Below the pieces are notes generated by a model, which worked only from the letters and a program-made list of their open reading frames with translations, did no database searches and was not told where the DNA came from. Made by a program: the position numbers and the translations under genes. Of a stretch of DNA of 64,000 bases, positions 37,893 through 46,557 are shown piece after piece (within the stretch, counting starts at the first letter, position 1; each line of letters starts with the position of its first letter). The stretch comes from an uncultured bacterium (GTDB lineage: Bacteria; Patescibacteriota; Minisyncoccia; Phycocordibacterales; GWA1-40-21). Location: assembly GCA_903831305.1 (NCBI GenBank), contig CAIKXE010000011.1, forward strand, positions 12,002 through 76,001, given 5' to 3'.

Positions 37893-38135
37893 CTACCCCA
37901 AACGAGAGGTTTCAAAAATATAGTCATCTGCTTCACTTTGTGTAAGCTCGTTCAAGGCATCGATTTTTTCTTCTTTTTCCTCTTCGCTCTCATTTCCAGA
38001 AGCTAGGATATAGGCTGTGAGCTGACGCTTCTGTTTCTCGGTGATCATTTCTGTACTTCTGCAATCTTCATAATCAGGGAAGAAGTACCCCTTCCTAGGG
38101 CCAAACATACCACACTTTACTTTTGCTGTTGTCAT
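37893..38135 (-). CDS. small hypothetical protein (acidic C-terminus)
   Basis: The track ORF 37893-38225 overlaps the upstream gene out of frame. The internal ATG at 38135 (MTTAKVKCGMFGP...) removes the overlap. Confidence 0.4.
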   Translation of the reverse strand: MTTAKVKCGMFGPRKGYFFPDYEDCRSTEMITEKQKRQLTAYILASGNESEEEKEEKIDALNELTQSEADDYIFETSRLG

Positions 38136-38152
38136 AATATTTTGATAAATAA

Positions 38153-38770
38153 TTAAGCTGGTAATAAACTTGAAATCAACTCTGACGCTTGAAAACTGCT
38201 CAAGTAAGGTTCGTTCAACTGGCAAAGATATTCTTTCTTCGACTCTTCGTCACATTTAGTCTCAATCAAATTTTGCAAAAAAGTTCTTTGCTTTTGACTG
38301 GCAATTTTCAATGTCCCATCATCAGAAAAGGAACAGGTGCGATCTCGACCCTCAAGGTCTGGCTCATCTTTTACTGGAAATGCCCCAGCCGTGGCTACTA
38401 CATCAGGAGAATCAATTTTCAAGGCATCTATCATCTTACAGGCCATCATTATTGAATTGATTATGGCCGTATTCCGGGCAAAAGCTAAACCACGCTCAAT
38501 CCAACGGTTCTCTTGATTAAGAAGTACACTACCATGACCCAAACCCACGATCTCTGATTCTCGGCGTAAGGTAGCCACAAAACTAACCAAACCGGGCCTC
38601 TTGAATTGGTTCATGAGTTGAGTATCTTCTGTAATTTTCAAGGATAAATTGATTTCACCGGTATTTTTGATAATCAGCTTATTAACCGGATGTCGTTTAT
38701 CATGAATATCAGCCTTTTCTTTAAGCACCGAATAAGGTGATTTAACGCTTGTTGGTTTATAATTGTTCAT
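38153..38770 (-). CDS. hypothetical protein (205 aa)
   Basis: Complete ORF in a co-directional four-gene cluster. No motif recognised. Confidence 0.45.
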   Translation of the reverse strand: MNNYKPTSVKSPYSVLKEKADIHDKRHPVNKLIIKNTGEINLSLKITEDTQLMNQFKRPGLVSFVATLRRESEIVGLGHGSVLLNQENRWIERGLAFARNTAIINSIMMACKMIDALKIDSPDVVATAGAFPVKDEPDLEGRDRTCSFSDDGTLKIASQKQRTFLQNLIETKCDEESKKEYLCQLNEPYLSSFQASELISSLLPA

Positions 38771-38964
38771 AATTTGTAACTTAGATTAGACTTCTTGATA
38801 ATAATTTCTCCGAATGAATAACAAACGGTCACTCTCTCGTTAATATCAAAGCCGGAGATATTTTTGATATGATGATTGGCTAAAGAAATATAGGGGACGG
38901 GTGGCAAGTCATGATGGGATCCTTCACGGTTCTGGTAGCCCACCTTTTGTTCACGTTCTAACAT
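38767..38964 (-). CDS. small hypothetical protein (65 aa)
   Basis: 4-nt start/stop overlaps with both neighbours suggest translational coupling. Confidence 0.35.
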   Translation of the reverse strand: MLEREQKVGYQNREGSHHDLPPVPYISLANHHIKNISGFDINERVTVCYSFGEIIIKKSNLSYKL

Positions 38965-39290
38965 GACTTTTTATCTTTTAACGGTTCCACACTGCGATAG
39001 TAGAAGAGATTGATGGTTCGTGGATAACGGCTGATAACATTACCTTGAGCATCCTTCTTTTCAATAATTGTGATACTCTTCAAAGCTTTTGAGCCCTTCC
39101 TCGGGGCGTAACCCAGACTCAACCATTTACTAAACGGAAGAGCTGACCTCTCGGGAGAATAGTTCTTTAGTTCTGCTTTTCCCCAGATTTTTTCCACCTG
39201 CGCGGCAACGGCGTCTCTCGTTTTCTTGGAATCGTGCCAATTGGAAACCTTGGGTCCAGCCAAGATCTCGGCAATACTTAATACTGTCAT
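38958..39290 (-). CDS. hypothetical protein (110 aa)
   Basis: First gene of the minus-strand cluster. No motif. Confidence 0.4.
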   Translation of the reverse strand: MTVLSIAEILAGPKVSNWHDSKKTRDAVAAQVEKIWGKAELKNYSPERSALPFSKWLSLGYAPRKGSKALKSITIIEKKDAQGNVISRYPRTINLFYYRSVEPLKDKKSC

Positions 39291-39670
39291 TTGATTTATA
39301 GATTAATAATAAATTTACACGAGGGACTAACTCGTGTGCTATGAGGATCTATATCGACCTGATTCTCATTGATATAGTTTTAAATGGTTTGTGGTGATAA
39401 TTTAAAAGGGGGTATGGGGGGGGCTGTCTGATTTGTTCCATGGCCGGTAGCGGGTGGATAGGGGGAAACGACCCTATTTGTGTCCTGGGCTACTATTTTA
39501 AAAAAGGTGGGGGGTTGTTTCAAAAGTGTGTCTCCATAAAATTTCTGCCGGAATTTTTGGAAAAGGACGTTTGCCTTATTTTGACTTTGGAGCTATGATT
39601 ATGGAGTCGGAAAAATTGAATAAATAGTAATCTAAATCAGAGAGTAAAATCTCTGACATGATGAAAAAAT

Positions 39671-39777
39671 CTGCAACAGTTTAAAGAACCCAGCATATGG
39701 GGCTACTGTTGCAGTCATATCGGGAAACCGGTATGGAGGGCCACAAGCTCTCACCTATGTGCTGGGCTTTTTGCGTC
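39671..39777 (+). ncRNA. structured RNA candidate (leader/riboregulator or sRNA) ending in intrinsic terminator
   Basis: Perfect 10-bp stem ctgcaacagt/actgttgcag. A 7-bp GAAA-tetraloop hairpin atatcgg-gaaa-ccggtat. Long-range cccagcatatg/tatgtgctggg pairing followed by ctttttg. Confidence 0.4.
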
Positions 39778-39790
39778 TAAAAATTAAAAC

Positions 39791-41803
39791 ATGCAAACAT
39801 TAAATCTTGATAATATTGAGACAATAATCGGCCACTGGGGAGAATTTAAAACAAATGCTCTGGAGCTTTTGGACAGGATGTTAGAATCATACCCAAATAA
39901 TGTAATTTTGTTACAGAATAGAGGATCCGTCTTAAATGACCGTGGTGAATTTCAAGAAGCAATAAATAATTCCGATAAATTGCTAGAGATTGATAGTCAA
40001 AATATAACGGCATTAAATAGTTTGGGGTATGCGCTGAGAAAGCTTGATAGGAATCAAGATGCAATTAGGATTCTTGATGAAGCACTTAAAATAGACCCTC
40101 AGAATTTAAATGCTCTAAACAATAAAGGTGTTGCTCTCAGTAATATGAATAAAAATCAGGAGGCTATCGAATTATATAATGAGATTCTAAAAATTGACCC
40201 GAGTTTTGAATATGCACTAAATAATAGAGAATATGCTCAAAAAAGTCTAAAAAAAGATAGCATTTTTTTAGGGAGTGATTTTGAGAATGCTATAAATCTA
40301 ATGAATGAAACGAACGGTAATCTATTTTTAACGGGTAGTGCTGGTACTGGAAAATCTACAGCAATTGAGTATTTTAGAAAAAAAACAAAGAAAAAAATTG
40401 TGATTCTAGCACCGACAGGTGTCGCCGCTTTAAATGTCGGGGGTGAAACGATCCATTCATTTTTTCATTTTGGCATCGATATTACCCCAGATTCTGTTAA
40501 AAAAAATGATTTGCTAAACCAAGGTAACGATATTTACAGGAATATAGACACAATAGTAATAGATGAAATATCAATGGTCAGGGCTGATTTGATGGATTGT
40601 GTAGATAAATTCATGAGGCTTAATGGTAAGGATGCTAATAAACCTTTTGGCGGTGTGCAGATTATACTTGTTGGTGATCCGTACCAGCTTCCACCAGTTG
40701 TCACAAAAGATGAAGAAGAACTATTCACTTCATATTATAAAAGCCCATATTTTTTTGATTCAAAAGTTTTTAGTCAAGCAGCATTCTTGTTTGTTGAGCT
40801 TAAAAAAATATATCGACAAAATGATTTGAAATTTATACAAACATTGGAAGCTTTTCGTCTTGGTCAATTTACTGGGAGTCATTTAGAATTGATAAATACG
40901 AGGTATTCAAGCCAGGCCTTATCTGAGCACGATTTACATATTAATCTTGTATCAACCAATGCTGTGGCAGATGCAATTAATAATAAAAGGCTTTCTAAGT
41001 TATCAACTAAACAATACATATCCACAGCTATGGTAACTGGAAGGTTTGATAGGAATCCACCAGCAAATAAAGAGCTACTTATTAAGGAGGGGTCAAAAAT
41101 AATGTTGTTAAAAAATGATCCGGGTGATAGGTGGGTTAATGGTGATCTTGGTGAAATAGTCAGTATTAAAGAAGAAAATAGTCAGATAAAAGAAATTGTA
41201 ATAAAGCTTGATGATAAATCGGAACATATTATCAATCGTATAACTTGGGAAAAAATCAAATTTTTTTACAACAGAAATACTAAATCGATTGAAACAGAGG
41301 TTATAGGCACCTTTACTCAATTTCCTATAAAATTAGCCTGGGCGGTTACGATCCATAAAGGTCAAGGTAAAACATACAAAAATATGGTTGTGAATTTTGG
41401 AAGAAGAACTTTTGCTCATGGGCAAGCATACGTAGCAATAAGTAGGTGTCAAAGCTTAGGTGGCTTATTTCTCACTACTCCATTAAGAAAGGATGATGTT
41501 TTAATTGACAAAAGAGTGTGCGAATTCATGGAAAGTAATATCTGTTCTGAAAAAGTAAACTCTAAGTCTCCAGAAAATGAACTAATGGGTCTCGTAGAAA
41601 GACAGGGGCAAGAATTAGGAGAATTTAGAAAGTTTTTTTCTGACATCGCACCACTCCTAGATAAACTAGATAAGAGTCCTGAAATTGTACAGGCGATTAT
41701 GAATGGAAGAATAACAACAGACATAGCTAAAGCTCTCACTGAAGATAATTTAAATCCTAAAGAAGCCCCAGAAAAAATTAATCCCAATGACATTCCGTTT
41801 TAA
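39791..41803 (+). CDS. TPR-repeat domain fused to PIF1/RecD-like SF1 helicase
   Basis: N-terminal TPR-like repeats (NLNALNNKGVAL...). Walker A LTGSAGTGKST. Walker B IVIDEISMV. ILVGDPYQLPPV, AVTIHKGQGKTY, YVAISRCQS. Confidence 0.8.
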   Translation: MQTLNLDNIETIIGHWGEFKTNALELLDRMLESYPNNVILLQNRGSVLNDRGEFQEAINNSDKLLEIDSQNITALNSLGYALRKLDRNQDAIRILDEALKIDPQNLNALNNKGVALSNMNKNQEAIELYNEILKIDPSFEYALNNREYAQKSLKKDSIFLGSDFENAINLMNETNGNLFLTGSAGTGKSTAIEYFRKKTKKKIVILAPTGVAALNVGGETIHSFFHFGIDITPDSVKKNDLLNQGNDIYRNIDTIVIDEISMVRADLMDCVDKFMRLNGKDANKPFGGVQIILVGDPYQLPPVVTKDEEELFTSYYKSPYFFDSKVFSQAAFLFVELKKIYRQNDLKFIQTLEAFRLGQFTGSHLELINTRYSSQALSEHDLHINLVSTNAVADAINNKRLSKLSTKQYISTAMVTGRFDRNPPANKELLIKEGSKIMLLKNDPGDRWVNGDLGEIVSIKEENSQIKEIVIKLDDKSEHIINRITWEKIKFFYNRNTKSIETEVIGTFTQFPIKLAWAVTIHKGQGKTYKNMVVNFGRRTFAHGQAYVAISRCQSLGGLFLTTPLRKDDVLIDKRVCEFMESNICSEKVNSKSPENELMGLVERQGQELGEFRKFFSDIAPLLDKLDKSPEIVQAIMNGRITTDIAKALTEDNLNPKEAPEKINPNDIPF

Positions 41804-41819
41804 TTATTATTATCAACGA

Positions 41820-42596
41820 ATGACAAAACTCACCCCTAAAACAATAATCTCTATCCTCCTACCAATAATGGTTATTCTTCTTGTCGTTAATTTTTTTCTT
41901 TATTATCACCCTAAATCAAAACCTATTCACCAGAAATGCCCTGACGAATACAGCACTGATGCCGCCGGAACAGCGGAATCCAATACCGCCTTTTATAAAT
42001 GGACTAATGATTTTTATGACAACTACCCACAAGCCACCGTGGCGGACTGGTCTAAGGCCAGAGTTCAGTTTTGGGTAGATAATGACTGTAAAGCCGCCCT
42101 ACAGAGATACAAAGAAGCAAAGGATGGCACAGTGGATACTGCCAAAATGAACGCTATAAAAATTATGGTGTCGGAAATGGTAGTTAATTCTAAATACGTC
42201 AGCGAACTGGGTTTCTCCTTTAATCTCCCAAACGGTATGTCGGTTATGGCCGATCCTGATGCCCCTCGCTTATTTATAATTCTGGATTCCTGGGATGCTA
42301 AGGGAGACCAAGACCCCGTAGCCGTGATAATAACCGCAACGCCAAATGATCCCTCACAAACACCTTTACAATGGCTTAATGGACCGAATTCTGGTGCTGA
42401 TATGTCAAAGGGATATACGACGATAAAGATCGACGGACAGGAAGCTATATCATTGAGGGAAGGGACTTGGGTTACCGTTAACACGCCGGACAGCAAAAGA
42501 CAGTTGAGTATTGCCACTCTTCCGTCCCTGGACCCTAGTTCAGAATTGATAGCGAAGATGAAATCTATCATAGATTCTCTTGTTTTTACTAGATAA
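41820..42596 (+). CDS. hypothetical membrane-anchored protein
   Basis: The ATG at 41820 (MTKLTPKTIISILLPIMVILLVV) avoids overlap with the helicase gene. N-terminal TM anchor. Confidence 0.5.
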   Translation: MTKLTPKTIISILLPIMVILLVVNFFLYYHPKSKPIHQKCPDEYSTDAAGTAESNTAFYKWTNDFYDNYPQATVADWSKARVQFWVDNDCKAALQRYKEAKDGTVDTAKMNAIKIMVSEMVVNSKYVSELGFSFNLPNGMSVMADPDAPRLFIILDSWDAKGDQDPVAVIITATPNDPSQTPLQWLNGPNSGADMSKGYTTIKIDGQEAISLREGTWVTVNTPDSKRQLSIATLPSLDPSSELIAKMKSIIDSLVFTR

Positions 42597-42605
42597 TAAT
42601 TAATT

Positions 42606-43394
42606 ATGAATAAAATATTCAATAAGTTCACCATTGCTTCGTACGTTCTAGGTTTGATCACTATCTGTGGCCTTGGTTACTATCTTATATATCTAGATGA
42701 CGTTTCTTGCGATGGTAATAATGTGGGGGTAATTGACATAATTGGAGATATTGATATTTTAGAAGATTCAGAATACATCAGTGTGTCGTCGATAAACGTT
42801 GTTCAACAAATTCAAGATCTGGAAGATAACCCAGATATCAAAGGAATAGTGTTAGATATTGACTCTAGTGGCGGCCGATTAGAACCAGGAGAGGAGATAA
42901 TGCTGGCTATACAAAAAGTTTCCAAGCCAACGATAGCGGTGATTCGTGACACTGGTGCCTCAGCGGCCTACTTAATTGCCAGTGGTGCGGATAGAATTTT
43001 TGCTAGTCGTTTATCTAGTGTGGGCTCAATTGGAGTTACGACCGACTTCTTAGACACCAGTGAAAGAGATAGGAGAAATGGTGTTATTTTCTATGACCTG
43101 TCATCCGGTATTCATAAGGGGGCCATGAAAGAGAATAGTCAACTTACTTCTGCCCAAAAGCAAGTGATTATGGGAGATATAATGAAACTTTATGAGGTCT
43201 TTGTTGAATATGTAGCTAAAAATCGAAATTTATCGGTAGAGAAGGTAAAAAACCTGGCAGATGGGCGTGTCTACGTGGGTGACGATGCTTTAAAATTTGA
43301 ACTTATAGATCAAATAGGAGGTATGCCAGAAGCGACGGAATGGCTGGAAAATAAGATAGGAGAGGAAGTGAGTTATTGCTATTTGGGAGAGTAG
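42606..43394 (+). CDS. sppA: signal peptide peptidase SppA paralog (S49 family)
   Basis: KPTIAVIRDTGASAAYLIASGADRIFASRLSSVGSIGV. Clear paralog of 15133-16077. Confidence 0.75.
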   Translation: MNKIFNKFTIASYVLGLITICGLGYYLIYLDDVSCDGNNVGVIDIIGDIDILEDSEYISVSSINVVQQIQDLEDNPDIKGIVLDIDSSGGRLEPGEEIMLAIQKVSKPTIAVIRDTGASAAYLIASGADRIFASRLSSVGSIGVTTDFLDTSERDRRNGVIFYDLSSGIHKGAMKENSQLTSAQKQVIMGDIMKLYEVFVEYVAKNRNLSVEKVKNLADGRVYVGDDALKFELIDQIGGMPEATEWLENKIGEEVSYCYLGE

Positions 43395-43417
43395 TAGGAC
43401 TAGTGTATCATGTAAGT

Positions 43418-43978
43418 ATGGCTGAATTAATTGAATATTGCTTTGCTATAACCACTAAAAGGTTCAGACAGGACCTGCAGCGAGTAAAGGAGCAAGGAAA
43501 GAGTGTAAGTGGCTATATTGATATAAAACACGGGAATAAGACATCTGTGGCTGATTATACTGTGGAATATGGCACTGAATATGACTATTTAGTGATCCAT
43601 AATGCCGGAGTGGAGCAAAGAATCAGGCTTGTGGACGGTCAACTAAAGTTGGGGGTCAGAATCTGGTTTTTGTGTGAGTGCGGGGCACATATGGCCAAAC
43701 TATACCTACCACCCGGCGGTAAGGAGTTTAAATGCCGAAAATGTCACCATTTGGTATACCAAAGATCCAGTATTAATAAGAACAGTAAACATGGGGCTTT
43801 TATTTATAAAAATAGTCTTATATTAAAGATTATGGCGATGAGGGAAAACTTGGGACGTATATTCTACTGTTCAAAATACACCAAGCGCTTCAAACGTTGG
43901 CTTGATTTGTGTGATAAGGCCGGACTGACAGACGAGAGGGTGAACGCAAATAATCTTATGAGCGGTATTAATCGTTGA
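43418..43978 (+). CDS. hypothetical protein with Cys4 zinc-ribbon
   Basis: CECGAHM...CRKCHH. The start is uncertain (track 43376 overlaps the upstream gene). Confidence 0.4.
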   Translation: MAELIEYCFAITTKRFRQDLQRVKEQGKSVSGYIDIKHGNKTSVADYTVEYGTEYDYLVIHNAGVEQRIRLVDGQLKLGVRIWFLCECGAHMAKLYLPPGGKEFKCRKCHHLVYQRSSINKNSKHGAFIYKNSLILKIMAMRENLGRIFYCSKYTKRFKRWLDLCDKAGLTDERVNANNLMSGINR

Positions 43979-44100
43979 TATCAGTAGATTTAGATAATCA
44001 CAGTGGATTTAGTGTGTTTGGAGCTTTAATAGCCATTAGTGGGTATATACAGGGGGCGGAAAAATCCGTAATTATCTTAGAAGTTACGTGTGGCCAGATT

Positions 44101-44134
44101 AAAAACACACCGCTTGTTTTACGGCGTGTTTTTT
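44101..44134 (+). terminator. intrinsic terminator-like hairpin
   Basis: aaaaacacACCGcttgttttaCGGcGTGTTTTTTg. A-run and T-run flank an imperfect GC stem. Confidence 0.4.
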
Positions 44135-44214
44135 GTTAATAGGTATGCTATATTTTACCTATGTTAATAAGGGTGGGGAACTGTTCCTATCTTAATAACA
44201 CCTCAAACATTGTC

Positions 44215-45717
44215 ATGGAAAATAAATACAAAGCGACAATAGGGCTGGAAATACATGCGGAGATGAAGACCAAAACAAAGATGTTTTGTGCTTGTAAAAA
44301 CAATCCGGATGAGGATAAACCCAATGTAAATATCTGCCCCATCTGTACCGGTCAGCCGGGGACCTTGCCGGTGATAAATAAGCAGGCGGTAAAGAATGTG
44401 CTGAAAATGGGAGTGGCGCTAGGGGCTAAATTGGCGGATTTTACGGAGTGGGATCGGAAGAATTACTTTTATCCAGATATTCCAAAAGGGTATCAGATCA
44501 GTCAGTATAAATATCCGCTTATCACCGGCGGTAGACTAAATGGTATAAATATCACTCGGGTGCATTTGGAGGAGGACACGGCTAAGTCCAGTCATGATCA
44601 AGGGGAGTTTTCACTAGTGGATTTTAACCGAGCTGGGGTGCCTTTGATGGAGCTCGTGACTGAGCCAGAGCTACATAGTGGTAAGGAGACGGCGGATTTT
44701 GCGCGTGAGCTTCAGTTGCTTTTACAATATTTAGGCGTGGGCGATGCGAATATGGAGAAAGGTGAGATGCGTATTGAAGCCAATATCTCCGTCAGTACCA
44801 CGGACAAGCTGGGTACTAAAGTGGAAGTAAAAAATATAAACTCTTTCAAGGCGGTGGAAAAGGCGGTGGCTTATGAAATCGACCGCCATATTCAGGTACT
44901 TGAAGGTGGTGGTAAAATAGTGCAGGAGACCAGGGGTTGGAATGAAGATAAACAAATCACTTTTACCCAGCGTCTAAAGGAGGATTCTCATGATTACCGC
45001 TATTTCCCTGATCCGGATTTGCCAAAGATGAAGATTTCCGAGATGACTGAATTTTCTGCAGAGAATTTGAGTAAAGAACTGCCAGAATTACCTTGGCAGA
45101 AGCGGGAGCGCTATGAAAAGGATTATGGTATAAAGGCGGTGGATGTAGAGATATTTGTTCGTCCCGGAATTATCAGTTCCTTCTTTGAAAAAGTGTGTGC
45201 GGATTTTGCGGGTGATACCCGTCCGACCGAGTCATCCGGGCGGGAAAACTTAATTAAATTAGCTTCAAACTACATTATTTCAGACTTGTTAGGTTTGATG
45301 AAAAATGTATCAGAAAAAGTCGGGGAGAATCCTCTCCGCTTAACGGAGTACCTAATCGCTCCGAGGAATCTCCCCGGCTTTTTAACAGATAAAGATTTTG
45401 CTAATCTGATAAAGATGGTAGCAGAGGCCAAGATTTCTTCTCGTGGCGCCAAGGATATTTTAAAGATTATGTTTGAACAGGGTGGAAGTCCGGCTGAGAT
45501 TGCGGAGAAAGAGGGTTTACTTCAAAAGAGTGATTTAGGTGAATTAGAAAAGATTGCGGAGAAGATTATTACAGATAATCCCAAAGTAGTGGCAGATTAT
45601 AAGGCCGGTAAGGAAGCCGCTCTGATGTCACTTGTTGGCCAGGGGATGAAGGCCACTAAAGGCTCTGGTAATCCGGTGGTTTTGAAGGAATTGTTTTTGA
45701 AATTGTTGGTCAAATAG
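44215..45717 (+). CDS. gatB: Asp-tRNA(Asn)/Glu-tRNA(Gln) amidotransferase subunit B
   Basis: MENKYKATIGLEIHAEMKTKTKMFC is the canonical GatB N-terminus. The C-terminal YqeY-like tail is present. Start set at the internal ATG 44215. Confidence 0.85.
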   Translation: MENKYKATIGLEIHAEMKTKTKMFCACKNNPDEDKPNVNICPICTGQPGTLPVINKQAVKNVLKMGVALGAKLADFTEWDRKNYFYPDIPKGYQISQYKYPLITGGRLNGINITRVHLEEDTAKSSHDQGEFSLVDFNRAGVPLMELVTEPELHSGKETADFARELQLLLQYLGVGDANMEKGEMRIEANISVSTTDKLGTKVEVKNINSFKAVEKAVAYEIDRHIQVLEGGGKIVQETRGWNEDKQITFTQRLKEDSHDYRYFPDPDLPKMKISEMTEFSAENLSKELPELPWQKRERYEKDYGIKAVDVEIFVRPGIISSFFEKVCADFAGDTRPTESSGRENLIKLASNYIISDLLGLMKNVSEKVGENPLRLTEYLIAPRNLPGFLTDKDFANLIKMVAEAKISSRGAKDILKIMFEQGGSPAEIAEKEGLLQKSDLGELEKIAEKIITDNPKVVADYKAGKEAALMSLVGQGMKATKGSGNPVVLKELFLKLLVK

Positions 45718-45881
45718 TGTATTATTAGAGAGTGCCTAGTAAGATTAAGATTAATTCTTTTTTCTTTGCACGATAATAATTTTGTCGTCACAAAATTATT
45801 TCTCTACTCCCTCACTTTTTTGCTAAAAAGTTCAGTCCGTAAGGCACGAAAAAGTATTAATTATAATCTTATAAAAAAGTA

Positions 45882-46394
45882 ATGGTGTCATCCAAAACAA
45901 AAAAAGAAATAGTGCATATTGGGGCGGATCATGCCGGCTATTATTTGAAGGAAGCACTGGTAGATTATTTGAAAAAACTCCATTATGAAGTGGTGGATCA
46001 TGGCGCACACTTTTTTGATGAATATGATGATTATCCGGATTTTGTTGGTCCGGTGGGTAAGGCGGTGTCAGACCGGCCGAGTGTGGTAAAGGGGATTGTG
46101 ATCGGTGGGTCTGGCCAGGGTGAGGCCATGGTGGCTAATCAGTTTCCGGGCGTCCGAGCGGTAGTCTTTTACGGTAATAAATTTTTAAAAGGTTCGGATA
46201 TTATCAAATTATCACGCGAGCATAATGATGCCAATGTGTTGTCCTTGGGGGCCAGGTTTTTAACAACCGGGGAGGCCAAGCGAGCAGTGAAAACCTGGCT
46301 TACCACTCCTTTTTCTGGTGAATATAAACACCTCCGCCGAATTAAAAAGATTGAAAAGGTTTTACGTGAGGTACGTTTAAAGAAGAATTTTTAA
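45882..46394 (+). CDS. rpiB: ribose-5-phosphate isomerase B
   Basis: IGADHAGYYLKE, GIVIGGSGQGEAMVANQFPGVRA. Confidence 0.8.
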   Translation: MVSSKTKKEIVHIGADHAGYYLKEALVDYLKKLHYEVVDHGAHFFDEYDDYPDFVGPVGKAVSDRPSVVKGIVIGGSGQGEAMVANQFPGVRAVVFYGNKFLKGSDIIKLSREHNDANVLSLGARFLTTGEAKRAVKTWLTTPFSGEYKHLRRIKKIEKVLREVRLKKNF

Positions 46395-46441
46395 TAGCAC
46401 ATAAAAATATAAATATCAAAATTTTGTGCAGAACATTTTTC

Positions 46442-46476
46442 CAGCGAAAAATCTTCTTATTCCTCGCTGATTTTTT
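46442..46476 (+). terminator. intrinsic terminator after rpiB
   Basis: cagcga-16 nt-tcgctg followed by atttttt. Confidence 0.5.
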
Positions 46477-46557
46477 CGTCTCAGAAGCCGAAACCAAGCA
46501 AAATCAGCTGCGGCACCCAAAATTTTAATATTCTTATTTTTATGTTAGAATAGTGTT

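Noticed and set aside
44101-44113. aaaaacacaccgc as a third copy of the AGACACACC element flanking lepA
   Set aside because: Similarity is limited to ~10 nt and lacks the GTCATCAGAATGCCAC core. It is treated as an unrelated terminator hairpin.
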